A DNA stretch of 64,000 nt from Gemmatimonadota bacterium (GCA_036679605.1 JAZDCZ010000254.1:128001-192000), one strand, 5' to 3'; numbered from the stretch's first letter, positions 1 to 10,940 are shown. Program-made: numbers and translations. The notes: generated from the sequence alone by a model not told the origin.

Positions 1-2
1 GC

Positions 3-236
3 GTCCAGAAAACGAACCGCTGTGTCGTAGTTGAAGACGGTTGGCAATTCTGCGGAGTGGGGGCGCAGATAGTCGATACGATTCAGGCAGGCGCATTCGA
101 TCATTTAGATGCACCAATCGCTCGAGTCACGCAGGCTGACACTCCCATGCCGTACAATAAGCAGTTGGAAAAAGCCGCCAAACCTAACCCAAAACTCGTA
201 GTCGATGCCGTGAAGAAAGTCGCGTACATCGAGTAA
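3..236 (+). CDS. pdhB: Pyruvate dehydrogenase E1 beta subunit, 3' part (runs off window start)
   Basis: Frame 3 reads VQKTNRCVVVEDGW...AFDHLDAPIARVTQADTPMPY...YIE*; directly upstream of the E2 gene. Confidence 0.92.
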   Translation, partial: VQKTNRCVVVEDGWQFCGVGAQIVDTIQAGAFDHLDAPIARVTQADTPMPYNKQLEKAAKPNPKLVVDAVKKVAYIE

Positions 237-254
237 CCGATCCGACAACTACCT

Positions 255-1475
255 ATGGCAACTAAAGTCTATATGGAAGCCCTATCGCCCACCATGGAGG
301 AAGGGCGAGTGATATCTTGGCTCAAGAGTGAAGGTGACTCTGTTAGCCAGGGCGACATACTCGCTGAGATCGAGACCGACAAGGCGATCATGGAACTCCA
401 GGCGAGAGGAGACGGGGTACTGCGGCGTGTCCTGGCGGCGGAGGGAGCTACTGTCGACGTAGGCACTGTAATAGGAGTCATCGCGGCGGCGGACGACGAC
501 ATCGACGCTCTCCTTGCGACTGATACCGACAAGGCGGATCCAACGAGCGATGCGCCGAAAGCGCCCGCTGACTCAAAGTCTCCCAGCGTCTCATCCAAAC
601 CACACGATCAACCAGCGCCTGGGGGAAAAGAAATAAAATCGTCACCGCTGGCGCGGCGGATGGCACAAGAGCGTAGCATTGACCTCGCGGCAGTAACGGG
701 TACCGGACCCGGCGGAAGAATCATTAAGCGTGATATTGACACTGCACCTTCACCGGGTGCTGCACCAACTGCCGCTACTGGCACACAGCTAGGTGGATTC
801 GAAGACGTCCCGCTCAGCCAAATACGGAAGACCATTGCATCTCGCCTCGCCCAGTCACTTGGCCCCGTGCCCCACTTCTTTCTTACCTCCGAGATCGACA
901 TGGAGAGAGTGTGGGAGGCGCGAAAAGCACTTCTTGCCAACAAAGATGCGCCGAAAATCTCGTTCAACGATATCATAATCAAAGTGGTCGCCGAAGCGTT
1001 ACGCCAACACCGAGCGTGCAACGCTTGGTGGCAAGAGGATCACATCAGGTACTTCAATGAGGTACACATCGCGATGGCCGTGGCCGTAGAAGATGGGCTC
1101 ATTACCCCGGTCATCCGCAATACGCACCTCAAGTCATTGCGTGAGATAGCGATCGAGAGCCGCGACCTAGCTCTCCGCGCTAGAGATCGCAAGCTTCGTC
1201 CGGAGGAGTACATCGGCGCAACGTTCACTGTATCCAATCTCGGGATGCTCGGCATCGACGAGTTTACCGCCGTGATCAATCCGCCCGAGGCAGGTATTCT
1301 AGCCGTGGGCTCGATTACTCAACGACCGGTTGTGACGGACGACGGTATAGTTGCCCGCAGACGCATGCGAGTCACGATGAGTTGCGACCACAGAGTGATA
1401 GATGGAGCCACCGGTGCCAGGTTCCTCCAGACAGTGAAACTCATGTTAGAAAATCCCTTGGCAATAGTCTGGTAA
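255..1475 (+). CDS. pdhC: Dihydrolipoamide acetyltransferase (PDH E2)
   Basis: Lipoyl domain EIETDKA, E3-binding SPLARRMA..GTGPGGRI, catalytic DHRVIDG. Confidence 0.95.
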   Translation: MATKVYMEALSPTMEEGRVISWLKSEGDSVSQGDILAEIETDKAIMELQARGDGVLRRVLAAEGATVDVGTVIGVIAAADDDIDALLATDTDKADPTSDAPKAPADSKSPSVSSKPHDQPAPGGKEIKSSPLARRMAQERSIDLAAVTGTGPGGRIIKRDIDTAPSPGAAPTAATGTQLGGFEDVPLSQIRKTIASRLAQSLGPVPHFFLTSEIDMERVWEARKALLANKDAPKISFNDIIIKVVAEALRQHRACNAWWQEDHIRYFNEVHIAMAVAVEDGLITPVIRNTHLKSLREIAIESRDLALRARDRKLRPEEYIGATFTVSNLGMLGIDEFTAVINPPEAGILAVGSITQRPVVTDDGIVARRRMRVTMSCDHRVIDGATGARFLQTVKLMLENPLAIVW

Positions 1476-1526
1476 CGGTTTTCGTGCCTGCCATACAGAT
1501 ACTCAAGCTCAACCAGGATCGGCTAC

Positions 1527-2921
1527 GTGGCTAACAACTTCGATATAATCATCCTCGGCGGCGGGCCCGCCGGATACGTCTGCGCCATACGAGCGGCCCA
1601 ACTCGGTCTCGAAACAGCGGTTATTGAAAAGGATAAACTTGGCGGCGTTTGCGTCAACGTGGGATGCATACCCAGCAAAGCTTTGTTGCACAGCGCCTAC
1701 GTCATAAATCTTATCAAGCACGATGCGAAGGCACTTGGCATTACAGTAGGGGAAGTCACGGCGGATTTCGCAACGGCCGTGAAGCATTCCCGGCAAGTAA
1801 GCGAACAGAATTCCAAGGGTGTCGGCTTCTTACTCAAGAAGAACAAAGTGACGGTCATAGCTGGCGAGGGAACATTACTACCTGGTAAGAAGATCAAGGT
1901 CGGCAGCGACACCTACACTGCATCGAAGGCAGTGGTGCTGGCAACGGGGAGCAGCGTCAAGGGCATCCCCCAAATCGGCCTTGAAATCAACAAGCAAACA
2001 GTCATCTCGTCCGACGAAGCGCTATTTCTGGACAAGGCTCCTGAGTCCCTCGCGATCGTGGGTGCTGGAGCCGTCGGTATGGAGTTCGCCGACGTCTTCA
2101 ATGCATTTGGATCGACCGTCACGCTCATAGAGGCGTTGCCCCGAGTGCTCCCCAACGAAGACAAGGAATCTTCGACTGCGGTTGCGAGGAGTTTCAAGAA
2201 GCGAAAAATCGCGATGCTCACGGGAGCAACGATCAAGTCTGCCAACGTTACGAATGACAAGGTAACGCTGGAAGTGGAGTCTGGAGGTGCCGGCAAAACA
2301 GTAGAGGTCGATATGGTGCTCATGGCAGCCGGTCGCGCCATCAACGTTCAGGGTATCGGACTGGAAAAGGCTGGAGTGGAACTGACCGAACAGGGATTCA
2401 TCAAGGTCAATTCCAAGCTGCAAACGACACAGGAAGGAGTCTACAGCATCGGCGACGTAGCAGGACCACCTATGCTGGCACACAAAGGCAGTCGCGAAGG
2501 AGTCCTTGTGGCCGAACTGATCGGCGGGCAGGAGCCACACCCGATTAGGTACGACAACATTCCTAGCGTCACCTACTGTCACCCGGAAGTCGCCAGCATT
2601 GGCCTAACGGAAGACCAATGCAAGGAACAAGCACTGGACTATGTGGTCGGCAAGTTCGCGCTCACTGCCAACGGACGTGCCCGAGCTAGCCGCGAAACAG
2701 AAGGTTTTGTGAAGATCATTCGTGAAAAGAAATATGGGGAAATACTCGGTGCACACATCGTCGCATCCCATGCGAGCGAACTAATACATGAACTGACGGT
2801 GGCCCGGGAAAACGAATATACCGTAGAGGAAATCGAACTCGCGATACATGCCCACCCGACACTGTCGGAGGCCATAGCCGAAGCTGCACTCGATTCTCTG
2901 GGAAGGGTGATTCACACATAA
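1527..2921 (+). CDS. lpdA: Dihydrolipoamide dehydrogenase (E3)
   Basis: GGGPAGY, GGVCVNVGCIPSK, HAHPTLSE motifs. Confidence 0.97.
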   Translation: MANNFDIIILGGGPAGYVCAIRAAQLGLETAVIEKDKLGGVCVNVGCIPSKALLHSAYVINLIKHDAKALGITVGEVTADFATAVKHSRQVSEQNSKGVGFLLKKNKVTVIAGEGTLLPGKKIKVGSDTYTASKAVVLATGSSVKGIPQIGLEINKQTVISSDEALFLDKAPESLAIVGAGAVGMEFADVFNAFGSTVTLIEALPRVLPNEDKESSTAVARSFKKRKIAMLTGATIKSANVTNDKVTLEVESGGAGKTVEVDMVLMAAGRAINVQGIGLEKAGVELTEQGFIKVNSKLQTTQEGVYSIGDVAGPPMLAHKGSREGVLVAELIGGQEPHPIRYDNIPSVTYCHPEVASIGLTEDQCKEQALDYVVGKFALTANGRARASRETEGFVKIIREKKYGEILGAHIVASHASELIHELTVARENEYTVEEIELAIHAHPTLSEAIAEAALDSLGRVIHT

Positions 2922-2924
2922 GGA

Positions 2925-3341
2925 GTGCGGACTACAAACGATCCCGTCGCACTGGCGCTCGCTAGTTTGGTTGCTGGTGCCGCCGCCGGTGGTACCATGA
3001 TCACGCTGGGCGTTATCGTTCTACGATCCATCCCTGGCCAGGAGGCAATCCAGGAGATCCCCGACCACTTGACTGCCCAGGATGTCGTTCTGCAAGTGAG
3101 TCTTCTAGGGGGAGTGGTTGTCGCCGCAACGTCCGGCTGGCTATTGACGCGTGCGATCCCCGACTACTATCGCCGTGGGTTGACTGCGGCCCTCGGAGTC
3201 CTCGGAAGCTTCATCTTGGGTGGCATGGCACTGCCGGTGGACATGGTCGGTCACCGAGTCGGCCTATCCGTCCATCTCATCGCCCTGATAGCTCTTGGCA
3301 ATTATGCTTTCCGCAAGGCTCGTCGAGCAGCGACATCATGA
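2925..3341 (+). CDS. Hypothetical membrane protein (about 4 TM)
   Basis: AAGGAG before GTG; hydrophobic segments; ATGA overlap with lipB. Confidence 0.7.
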   Translation: MRTTNDPVALALASLVAGAAAGGTMITLGVIVLRSIPGQEAIQEIPDHLTAQDVVLQVSLLGGVVVAATSGWLLTRAIPDYYRRGLTAALGVLGSFILGGMALPVDMVGHRVGLSVHLIALIALGNYAFRKARRAATS

Positions 3342-4033
3342 GCCGGGACCTCGCCGTCGTCGGACTCGGACGCATGGGGTATGAAGAGGCGCTCGATACC
3401 CAGTTGCGCCTGGCACAGAGCCGCATAACACGCGTAGTCGAGCACGATATTCTCCTGTTGGTAGAACACCCGCCGGTTATTACCATGGGCAGGAACTTCA
3501 ACGCGGCCAGCCTCCCAACACACCGCAAGGTCCTTGACGATCGCGGCATTGGGTTGTTCGAGGCCGACCGCGGCGGAGATGTGACGTTCCATGGACCTGG
3601 GCAACTCGTCGGATATCCAATATTTGATCTGGCCGAACACAAACAAGACCTGCATTGGTTCCTACGTCAGTTGGAGGCATGCCTGATAGTATCGCTATCC
3701 GACTTAGGGATAACAGCAGAACGCAGTGAAGGGTACACAGGTGTATGGACATCCGGTCGCAAGATTGCCAGCATCGGCATTCACGTAAAACAGTGGGTGA
3801 CGTGGCACGGCTTCGCGCTCAACATATCGACCGACCTGTCGTACTTCGACCTAATCGTCCCCTGCGGAATAGGGAATGTGGTAATGACCAGCGTGAAACG
3901 TGAACTCGCCGAGCGGGCACCACGGGACCTGTGGGGACGAGCGCTGGATAGTGTCGTGCTTGGTTTCTCGGAAGTCTTCGGTCAGCAACCTCAGATGATT
4001 GGACTGGAATCGATTCTGGAACCGGCCTCTTGA
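3338..4033 (+). CDS. lipB: Lipoyl(octanoyl) transferase
   Basis: EHPPVIT, RGGDVTFHGPGQLVGYPI, KIASIG, HGFALN, IVPCG. Confidence 0.96.
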   Translation: MSRDLAVVGLGRMGYEEALDTQLRLAQSRITRVVEHDILLLVEHPPVITMGRNFNAASLPTHRKVLDDRGIGLFEADRGGDVTFHGPGQLVGYPIFDLAEHKQDLHWFLRQLEACLIVSLSDLGITAERSEGYTGVWTSGRKIASIGIHVKQWVTWHGFALNISTDLSYFDLIVPCGIGNVVMTSVKRELAERAPRDLWGRALDSVVLGFSEVFGQQPQMIGLESILEPAS

Positions 4034-4034
4034 T

Positions 4035-5405
4035 CTAGCTCCCCTCCCGCCCCAACAAATCCATGAATCTTCCGAATACCCTAACGCCATTCAAGAATTG
4101 ATCTACGCCCAGCTTTTCGTTCGGGGCATGAAGCCCATCGTCCGGTAATCCGATGCCACTCAGTATCACTGGCGCACCTTCCTGCGCAAGAGATGGCACG
4201 ACAGGTATGGAACCTCCGGAGCGAATCTTGACGGGACGCCGGCCCTCTACCTCGTGAAATGCTTGGTCTATTAGGGCAAACACCGGCGACCCCGTGTCCA
4301 CCTGCACGGGGTCCGCTCCATGAACGAACGCTACGGACACTTCCGCATACTTGGGCGCCGCCGCCTTTACCGCCGCTTTCAGCTGGCGTTGGACGGTCTT
4401 CCATTTTTGGTTTGGTACTAGACGTAAGCTCACCTTCGCTGTCGCGACTGCCGGTATCACCGTCTTTGCTCCTTCATCCGTGAAACCGCCGGCTATCCCA
4501 TGGATCTCCAATGTTGGCAAGGCCCATATGCGTTCCAGCACCGGATAACGGGTGAGCCCGGTTAGGGCCTTTGCGCCTACCTCATCCCTCAGGAAATTGC
4601 GTGGCTTGAACGGGAGTTTGCTCCACCCATCCCTTTCCCACTTGGGAGGCCGTTCAACTGCCTCATACAGTCCGGGAATGAGGATGCGGCCGGTCGGACT
4701 CTTGAGCTTGGCAAGGATTTGCACAAGTGCCTCATGGGCATTGGGAGCGACACCACCGTAAAGACCTGAATGCAAATCCCCCTTCAAAGTGCGAACGGTA
4801 ATCTCCGAATAGCATAGACCTCTGAGAGCGGTTTCCACAGCCGGCTGGCCGGGAGCATAGTAGGGCATATCGGCAACCAGTACTGCATCGGCCTGGGTCA
4901 ATTTTGGTCTACGGTCCAACAGGTCGAACAAGACCGCACCCCCTGACTCTTCCTGTCCTTCGATCAAGAAGCGCACGTTGACCGGCGGCTCGCCGTATCG
5001 GCTGACCGCCTCAAATGCTTTGATGATCGCGAAAACTTGGCCCTTATCGTCCGTCGATCCGCGTGCATAGATATTACCGTTTCGAATCGTGGGCTCGAAC
5101 GGAGGGGTCTTCCACAGATCGATAGGATCGGATGGCTGCACGTCATAGTGTCCGTACACCAACACAGTGGGCTTGCCGGGTATGCGGGGGCCCTCCGCCC
5201 AAACTACGGGATGTGTATGGCTGGCCAGAAGTTCCGCCTTCCGACAGCCCAGGGCCTTGAGGTGATCGGCCAGCCACTGAGCGGCCAGACGACAATCGTC
5301 GGCGTGCGCCGGATCGGTAGAAATACTGGGAATACGAAGAAGTTCCTTCAACTCGCCGAGCATCCTGGCCCGTTCGGAGCGCACGTACGCATCCAAGTTT
5401 GTCAT
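4035..5405 (-). CDS. M20 family dipeptidase
   Basis: YGHYDVQP, ARGSTDDKG, EGQEE, DLHSG, HAPNEK; start placed at MTNLD. Confidence 0.92.
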   Translation of the reverse strand: MTNLDAYVRSERARMLGELKELLRIPSISTDPAHADDCRLAAQWLADHLKALGCRKAELLASHTHPVVWAEGPRIPGKPTVLVYGHYDVQPSDPIDLWKTPPFEPTIRNGNIYARGSTDDKGQVFAIIKAFEAVSRYGEPPVNVRFLIEGQEESGGAVLFDLLDRRPKLTQADAVLVADMPYYAPGQPAVETALRGLCYSEITVRTLKGDLHSGLYGGVAPNAHEALVQILAKLKSPTGRILIPGLYEAVERPPKWERDGWSKLPFKPRNFLRDEVGAKALTGLTRYPVLERIWALPTLEIHGIAGGFTDEGAKTVIPAVATAKVSLRLVPNQKWKTVQRQLKAAVKAAAPKYAEVSVAFVHGADPVQVDTGSPVFALIDQAFHEVEGRRPVKIRSGGSIPVVPSLAQEGAPVILSGIGLPDDGLHAPNEKLGVDQFLNGVRVFGRFMDLLGREGS

Positions 5406-5484
5406 AGCTGGATTATACCTCCCGCCTTGCATAGTGGGTACTCCTCTCACATTCTTCCACTGGCTTGAAATACGGGGCAGCTAC

Positions 5485-6774
5485 ATGACGTCAACGATAA
5501 AAAGAACGTCGATGACGACGCGCGCGATCGTGCGGAGTCAGTTTGACTTTGCTGCAGATCTTCTCGATCTGACGCCATTCATGCGACGTCTTCTCGCACA
5601 GCCGTTCCGGTCCGTTACGGTCGAGGTTCCGGTTCGGATGGACGACGGGTCGTTTGAGGTATTTCGCGGATACCGCATACAACACAACGGTGCCCGTGGA
5701 CCGTGCAAGGGAGGCATACGCTACCATCCCGAAGCCGATGAGCACGAAGTCCTTGGGTTGGCAACGACCATGACTTGGAAGACCGCCCTGGTCGAAGTGC
5801 CTTTTGGTGGAGCCAAAGGGGGCATTCAGGTAGATCCCCGGAAAATGTCGCTGCGTGAACTGGAAGCGTTGACCCGATCTTTCATTAGCCGAATATCAAT
5901 AGTGCTCGGCCCGTATCGTGACATTCCAGCTCCAGACATGGGTACTAACGCGCAGGTCATGGCATGGGTGCTGGACGAGTACTCCAAGAGGATGGGTTAC
6001 ACGCCTGGCTGCGTCACAGGCAAGCCGGTATCGTTAGGAGGGTCGCTGGGCAGGGAAGATGCGACAGGTCGAGGCGTCGCATATGCCATGGTCGAGTACG
6101 CCAAGCATTACGGTGTGCCGCTCAAAGACGGGCGGGTGGTGATTCAGGGATTCGGCAACGTCGGAGCCCATCTTTCTCGCTTGCTTCACGATGAAGGCGC
6201 CAAGGTCATCGCTGTTTCCGATGTCGACGGCGGGCTCCATAACGAAGATGGCCTGGATATCCCCAATCTGTTCCAACATGCGTACCAGGAGCGGAAACCG
6301 GTGGGCGAGTTCGCCGGCGGAGGAGATCCTATTACAAACGATGAACTGTGGAACGTTTCCTGTGACTGGTTGGTGCCTGCTGCCCTAGGAGGCGTTATCA
6401 CCAAAGAAAAAAATGCCTCGTCCATTGACTGCAAGGTGGTGGTCGAGGCGGCAAACAGCCCCGTTACTCCAACGAGCGACAGAATTCTCGACGACCGGGG
6501 CATAGTCGTGCTTCCTGACTTTCTCGTCAACGCCGGCGGGGTAATCGCTAGTTACTTCGAGTGGGTTCAGAACCTGCAGCAGCACCCATGGACGCTGGAG
6601 GCGGTACACTCTGAGCTGAAGCAGAAAATGCTCGTAGCCTACAACAGCGTTCGTGACATGGTCGAAGAGAAAGGCATTCCGTGGAGAACGGCCGCCTATA
6701 TGATCAGCCTGGCGCGGGTTGCGGAAGCCGAGAGCCTCCGTGGCCAGTCGAGCTCAAACGGGAAGCAAGACTAG
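5485..6774 (+). CDS. gdhA: Glu/Leu/Phe/Val dehydrogenase (glutamate dehydrogenase)
   Basis: KGGIRYHP, GGAKGG, PAPDMGT, QGFGNVG, NAGGV; start uncertain (5434/5485/5512). Confidence 0.9.
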   Translation: MTSTIKRTSMTTRAIVRSQFDFAADLLDLTPFMRRLLAQPFRSVTVEVPVRMDDGSFEVFRGYRIQHNGARGPCKGGIRYHPEADEHEVLGLATTMTWKTALVEVPFGGAKGGIQVDPRKMSLRELEALTRSFISRISIVLGPYRDIPAPDMGTNAQVMAWVLDEYSKRMGYTPGCVTGKPVSLGGSLGREDATGRGVAYAMVEYAKHYGVPLKDGRVVIQGFGNVGAHLSRLLHDEGAKVIAVSDVDGGLHNEDGLDIPNLFQHAYQERKPVGEFAGGGDPITNDELWNVSCDWLVPAALGGVITKEKNASSIDCKVVVEAANSPVTPTSDRILDDRGIVVLPDFLVNAGGVIASYFEWVQNLQQHPWTLEAVHSELKQKMLVAYNSVRDMVEEKGIPWRTAAYMISLARVAEAESLRGQSSSNGKQD

Positions 6775-6775
6775 A

Positions 6776-7726
6776 CTAGAGAGCGAGTCTCAACCCGAAG
6801 TGGTGGGCGGTATCCAGAAAAACGTCATTCTCCTGAAACGCCCAGTCAATGGCAACGTTCTTGAGTACGACAGAAGCACCGAAGGCGAACTCGGACAGAT
6901 TTGTTCCGGCCGGCCGCGACTTGAAGGCCCCTCGCACAATTATCCCGAACCCCCGGTCGACCACTCCACCCTCTCCACCCAGTACTAGCCGTGAGCCGCG
7001 ACCTTCCGGCCACTGCAGTTCGGCCGTGGACAGGAGCCTCACGGCATCGAGTGGATCCAAGTAGTTCATTGTGAACCCGAGCCGTGTTAGTCGCGGCAGA
7101 GCGAGTGCCGAGTTGTTCTTCCAGTTGCCTCCGATATTCTGCACCGCGAACCCCAGCGCTGCGATATCCAAAAGCGCGATAGCTATTCCGACGTCACCGC
7201 TGAACGCCTCGTCATCCGTGGCGTCCACCGACCGGCGGAGATATTTGGTGCTACCTCCGAACGCGATCATCCCGAATCTGTAAACTCCGGACCCGACAAG
7301 CCCAACTTCGTCGGCATCAGCACCTGCCGAGGCCCCGGCCCCGAGCAAGCGACCGGGCTCTGACCCAAAGTCCATGCGCTCTACCCCGAAACCCAGATCG
7401 AACTGCCGCAGCCGCAAAGCTATCGATGCGGCCGAGAGCGAGCCTCCTGCGGGAACGCTGCGATAGCTCCCCTCCAGACCGCCATGACGCAGCGTGGCGA
7501 TACCTGCCGGGTTGCTGAAGATCGCTCCGGGATACCCCATGAGAGCGGCACCCGAGCCCTGTAGTCCCGCGCTACGCACTGACGGTGACATCGACAACAC
7601 GAATGGCCGGTTGGGTCGCGTGACCTGTGCTAATAGTGAGACGGCATCGGTGATAGTTGCCACGGACACGCACACCAGTGCCACGGCCACCCTCGCGGTA
7701 AACCGCTTGCGAGGAAGGCGCATCAC
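6776..7726 (-). CDS. Putative outer-membrane beta-barrel protein (PorV/PorQ-like)
   Basis: Signal peptide, RSAGL..AIFSNPAG motif, amphipathic strands, C-terminal HHFGLRLAL. Confidence 0.6.
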   Translation of the reverse strand: MMRLPRKRFTARVAVALVCVSVATITDAVSLLAQVTRPNRPFVLSMSPSVRSAGLQGSGAALMGYPGAIFSNPAGIATLRHGGLEGSYRSVPAGGSLSAASIALRLRQFDLGFGVERMDFGSEPGRLLGAGASAGADADEVGLVGSGVYRFGMIAFGGSTKYLRRSVDATDDEAFSGDVGIAIALLDIAALGFAVQNIGGNWKNNSALALPRLTRLGFTMNYLDPLDAVRLLSTAELQWPEGRGSRLVLGGEGGVVDRGFGIIVRGAFKSRPAGTNLSEFAFGASVVLKNVAIDWAFQENDVFLDTAHHFGLRLAL

Positions 7727-7727
7727 C

Positions 7728-9878
7728 CTACCTGATCCGCAAGATGTTCAGCAAAGGGCCGTTGGTGAGTCTTACACCGAAGCCACGCTGGCCGGCTCCT
7801 TGCTGAATCAAGAAGTACTCACCCGATCCTCCCACAATCGCACCGCTCACACTAAAACTGCCTGCTGAGAATACCATCGGTACGATCGGATACGGCAAGT
7901 CGAATAGGTTGGGAGATTGGTCGTTAAGAGATTCGTATACCTCTCGTAGTTTCCAACTCTCATATTGTAGACGCGCGGGCACCGAAAGTCCTGGCAGATC
8001 CGACACGAAGTTCGCCAAGATCCAGTCGCTCAGTAGACCTGGAACCGGTTCCCCTGTGGCCGCGGCGACATTCTCTTGGCCCGTTCGACTCGTTTCCGAT
8101 AGCCGCCGGATCACATCTGGCCCGAACTGGTCGGCCACCCACCGGATGAAAAGCCAACTGGCACCGCGCTCTTCCAGGGTTCCCGTCCCGGAAGCGAAGA
8201 TCGGTGAAACCATGCCGGGAGCCTTCATGTACTTGAACGCGTTCAGTAGGTCTCCGATTGCAAACGAAGAAAAGCGGGTCTGGTCTCCCAGGGCTTGGAA
8301 ATGACGGGCACCCAACTCCTCGGCCAGGTGCGACATGGCTTCGTTCAGCCAAGTTGCCTCGGTGTTACCTCCTCGCAATAGAACGTGTTGATAAAAACTG
8401 ATCATGTGCTGGAACTCATGAACGAACGTAACGGGCACAAGCCTGCCCACTCGATCCTTAGACATTTCACATGTTACAGTGCCGCTGGGATCAGGCACTA
8501 TTGAGTAGAAGATCTCCGCCTTATTCGAACGCGGATCTTTATTCGCAGCTGGATCTATGTCCAACGCGAAAAAGAAACCTGTTACGATAGAGTTCTCACA
8601 TTCCGCCCGTGCGGTCAATGCGTTTACTTTCGGTGACAGCAAGATCAACACACGTCCGTTTTCATCGCGATCAGATTCGGCTCCAAACGCACGCGTGCCC
8701 ACATCGTATAGGTCTTCGTCGAACAGTCGGCCCAGTTCCTGGAATTCCTGGGCTGAGAACCCTCCTGCTGGAGCATCTTTGTCCTGGTATATGACCGCCC
8801 GTTCGCCGACATACTTGACTTCGGCCTGCACTTCCGGGAAATCCTCGACAGGTCGACACTTAATCTTGTCGCAGATGCGAAACTTTTTCGTGTCTCCGAC
8901 CGAAATCCCCAACTCGATAGATGTTGCTGCGGATGATGCCTGAGGGACTTCACGCAGGATTCCCACCAGGTCCTTTTCCCTCGCCCTTAGAAAGTCGTGG
9001 AAACGAGAACTCGAAGTCGGTGGAGACGGCACGCTCAAGCTGACGGGGACGGGCGAGCCGGCAGAATCTCCGTTGAGCTGATACGAGAAGGTCGCGCTTG
9101 CATTAGAGCCCGCGGCGTTTGGCACCAAGAGATACTCGGCTCCACCCGGACCCGCATCGGGGAACCTCGCGCATCCTAGCAACAATCCCGCCGGGACAGA
9201 AACATACTCACCCACATCGAGTCGCAATGGCACGGTGGATGTTTGATATGTGGCACTCAAACTATTGGAACGGGCAAGTCCGACGCGCGCGGTAATGGCA
9301 ACCGGCCCGGCACTCAAGCAGGGTGGTACCACTGCTGAAAGTCCGCCCGCGATTACAGAGACCCCTAGGATCTCTGCAATCACACCTGCGATATCGAGCA
9401 CTACCGAGTCGGTCAGGAACGTTCCCTGTAGCACTATGGTGTCGCCTGGACCGAAGAAAGTTGGAGCGACACTGGACAGCGTAGGTGGACTTACAGCAGT
9501 TGCCGAGAACGACACCGTAATCGAAGGCTTACGAACCAGCGTCGCCCGCACCGAGTAGTTGCCCGGTGTTGGGCCCAGCGTCAGAAACACCTTGCCCCCC
9601 CCTGCGCCGTCAGATACCGTAATCATGTCGGACAAGGTGGCGCCTATACCCTGGGTTACCTCCCACCTCACCTCACCACGAGGAATCGGCTTGGCGCCTG
9701 GGTCGGTGACCAGGACCGTCAGCGGGACGGAAAGCCGGTTTCCGGCAGTCGCCCGCTGTCCGTCTCCATCTACCTTCGTCATATTCTCGGCCTGCGGCAG
9801 ATCTGGCCCTCCACCTCCACACCCACAAATCGATAGACCCAACCCGACGACGAAAATGCCCGCGAATCTAGACGTCAC
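7728..9878 (-). CDS. Lipoprotein with Ig-like/IPT domains and gluzincin (M30-like) metallopeptidase domain
   Basis: Lipobox-like Cys, GDGQ..G..L..PL.V Ig motif, HEFQH plus WLNEAMSHLAE. Confidence 0.7.
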   Translation of the reverse strand: MTSRFAGIFVVGLGLSICGCGGGGPDLPQAENMTKVDGDGQRATAGNRLSVPLTVLVTDPGAKPIPRGEVRWEVTQGIGATLSDMITVSDGAGGGKVFLTLGPTPGNYSVRATLVRKPSITVSFSATAVSPPTLSSVAPTFFGPGDTIVLQGTFLTDSVVLDIAGVIAEILGVSVIAGGLSAVVPPCLSAGPVAITARVGLARSNSLSATYQTSTVPLRLDVGEYVSVPAGLLLGCARFPDAGPGGAEYLLVPNAAGSNASATFSYQLNGDSAGSPVPVSLSVPSPPTSSSRFHDFLRAREKDLVGILREVPQASSAATSIELGISVGDTKKFRICDKIKCRPVEDFPEVQAEVKYVGERAVIYQDKDAPAGGFSAQEFQELGRLFDEDLYDVGTRAFGAESDRDENGRVLILLSPKVNALTARAECENSIVTGFFFALDIDPAANKDPRSNKAEIFYSIVPDPSGTVTCEMSKDRVGRLVPVTFVHEFQHMISFYQHVLLRGGNTEATWLNEAMSHLAEELGARHFQALGDQTRFSSFAIGDLLNAFKYMKAPGMVSPIFASGTGTLEERGASWLFIRWVADQFGPDVIRRLSETSRTGQENVAAATGEPVPGLLSDWILANFVSDLPGLSVPARLQYESWKLREVYESLNDQSPNLFDLPYPIVPMVFSAGSFSVSGAIVGGSGEYFLIQQGAGQRGFGVRLTNGPLLNILRIR

Positions 9879-10121
9879 CGCTCCTCCTCAAGAGTTCGAT
9901 TCTGGTACCGACGCGCGCCATGCAGTGTTCCGAGGCCTACCATTCCGGGGCAAGGTGACATTCCAGTGCTGCCCGACACGAATCAAACCTCTCCGCCCAA
10001 AGGCCACGTAAACCACGGAAACATGGTAACATACGGCATTCTGACGTATTTTGACAACGCTCTGCAGCGTCGGTAGCTTACACGACGTGACCGCAGAGAC
10101 CCTCCTGGACGCGGCAGAACT

Positions 10122-10940
10122 ATGAGCTTCGTCCATCTACACACTCACTCCGAGTATTCGCTTCTCGACGGAGCGTGCAGGATACCTCACCTAGTAAGAA
10201 AGATCACCGAGCTGGGTATGGACAGCTTGGCCGTCACGGATCATGGTAACCTCCACGCGGCTTGGCGGTTCTATGAGGAGGCCAAGACACAGAAGATCAG
10301 GCCCATCATGGGGTTCGAGGCCTATATGGCATTCGGACCGCGGCAGGCGAGAGAGAAACCCGCTGATGCGCCGGCCCAATATTCCCACCTCGTTCTATTG
10401 GCGCGGAACCGAACGGGATACAAGAACCTCATCCGGTTGTCGTCGATCGGTTTCGTGGAGGGTTTTTACCGCCGTCCACGGATCGACAAGGAGGTTCTGG
10501 CACAATTCAGCGAAGGAATCATCTGTCTTGCCGCCTGTCTCTCGGGCGAAGTATCGCTCTGGCTCAGGCGCCACGACCTGGAAAAAGCCAGGCAATCGGC
10601 CGAGTGGTTTGCACAGACGTTTGGCCCAGACCGATTTTGGTTGGAGGTCCAGGATCACGGGATTGCCGATGAACGACTTGTAACCGAAGGGATGTTCCAG
10701 CTGGGCGACGAATTGGGCCTACCTATCGTCGCGACCAACGATGCGCATTACTTGGACCGGGCAGACCATGAGGCCCACGATTGCCTTCTCGCCATAGGAA
10801 CCGGGAAGGATTTGGACGATCCGAAGCGCTTCCGCTTCTACGGCCAGGAGAGTTATGTCAAATCCGAAGCAGAAATGGCCGAGTTGTTTCCGGAAAGACC
10901 GGACGTATTGGAGAACACTCAACGAAGAGCGTTACGGTAG
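10122..10940 (+). CDS. dnaE: DNA polymerase III alpha, PHP domain (5' fragment of frameshifted gene)
   Basis: FVHLHTHSEYSLLDG, TDHGN, ATNDAHY; homology ends at ENTQR (~10925). Confidence 0.9.
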   Translation: MSFVHLHTHSEYSLLDGACRIPHLVRKITELGMDSLAVTDHGNLHAAWRFYEEAKTQKIRPIMGFEAYMAFGPRQAREKPADAPAQYSHLVLLARNRTGYKNLIRLSSIGFVEGFYRRPRIDKEVLAQFSEGIICLAACLSGEVSLWLRRHDLEKARQSAEWFAQTFGPDRFWLEVQDHGIADERLVTEGMFQLGDELGLPIVATNDAHYLDRADHEAHDCLLAIGTGKDLDDPKRFRFYGQESYVKSEAEMAELFPERPDVLENTQRRALR

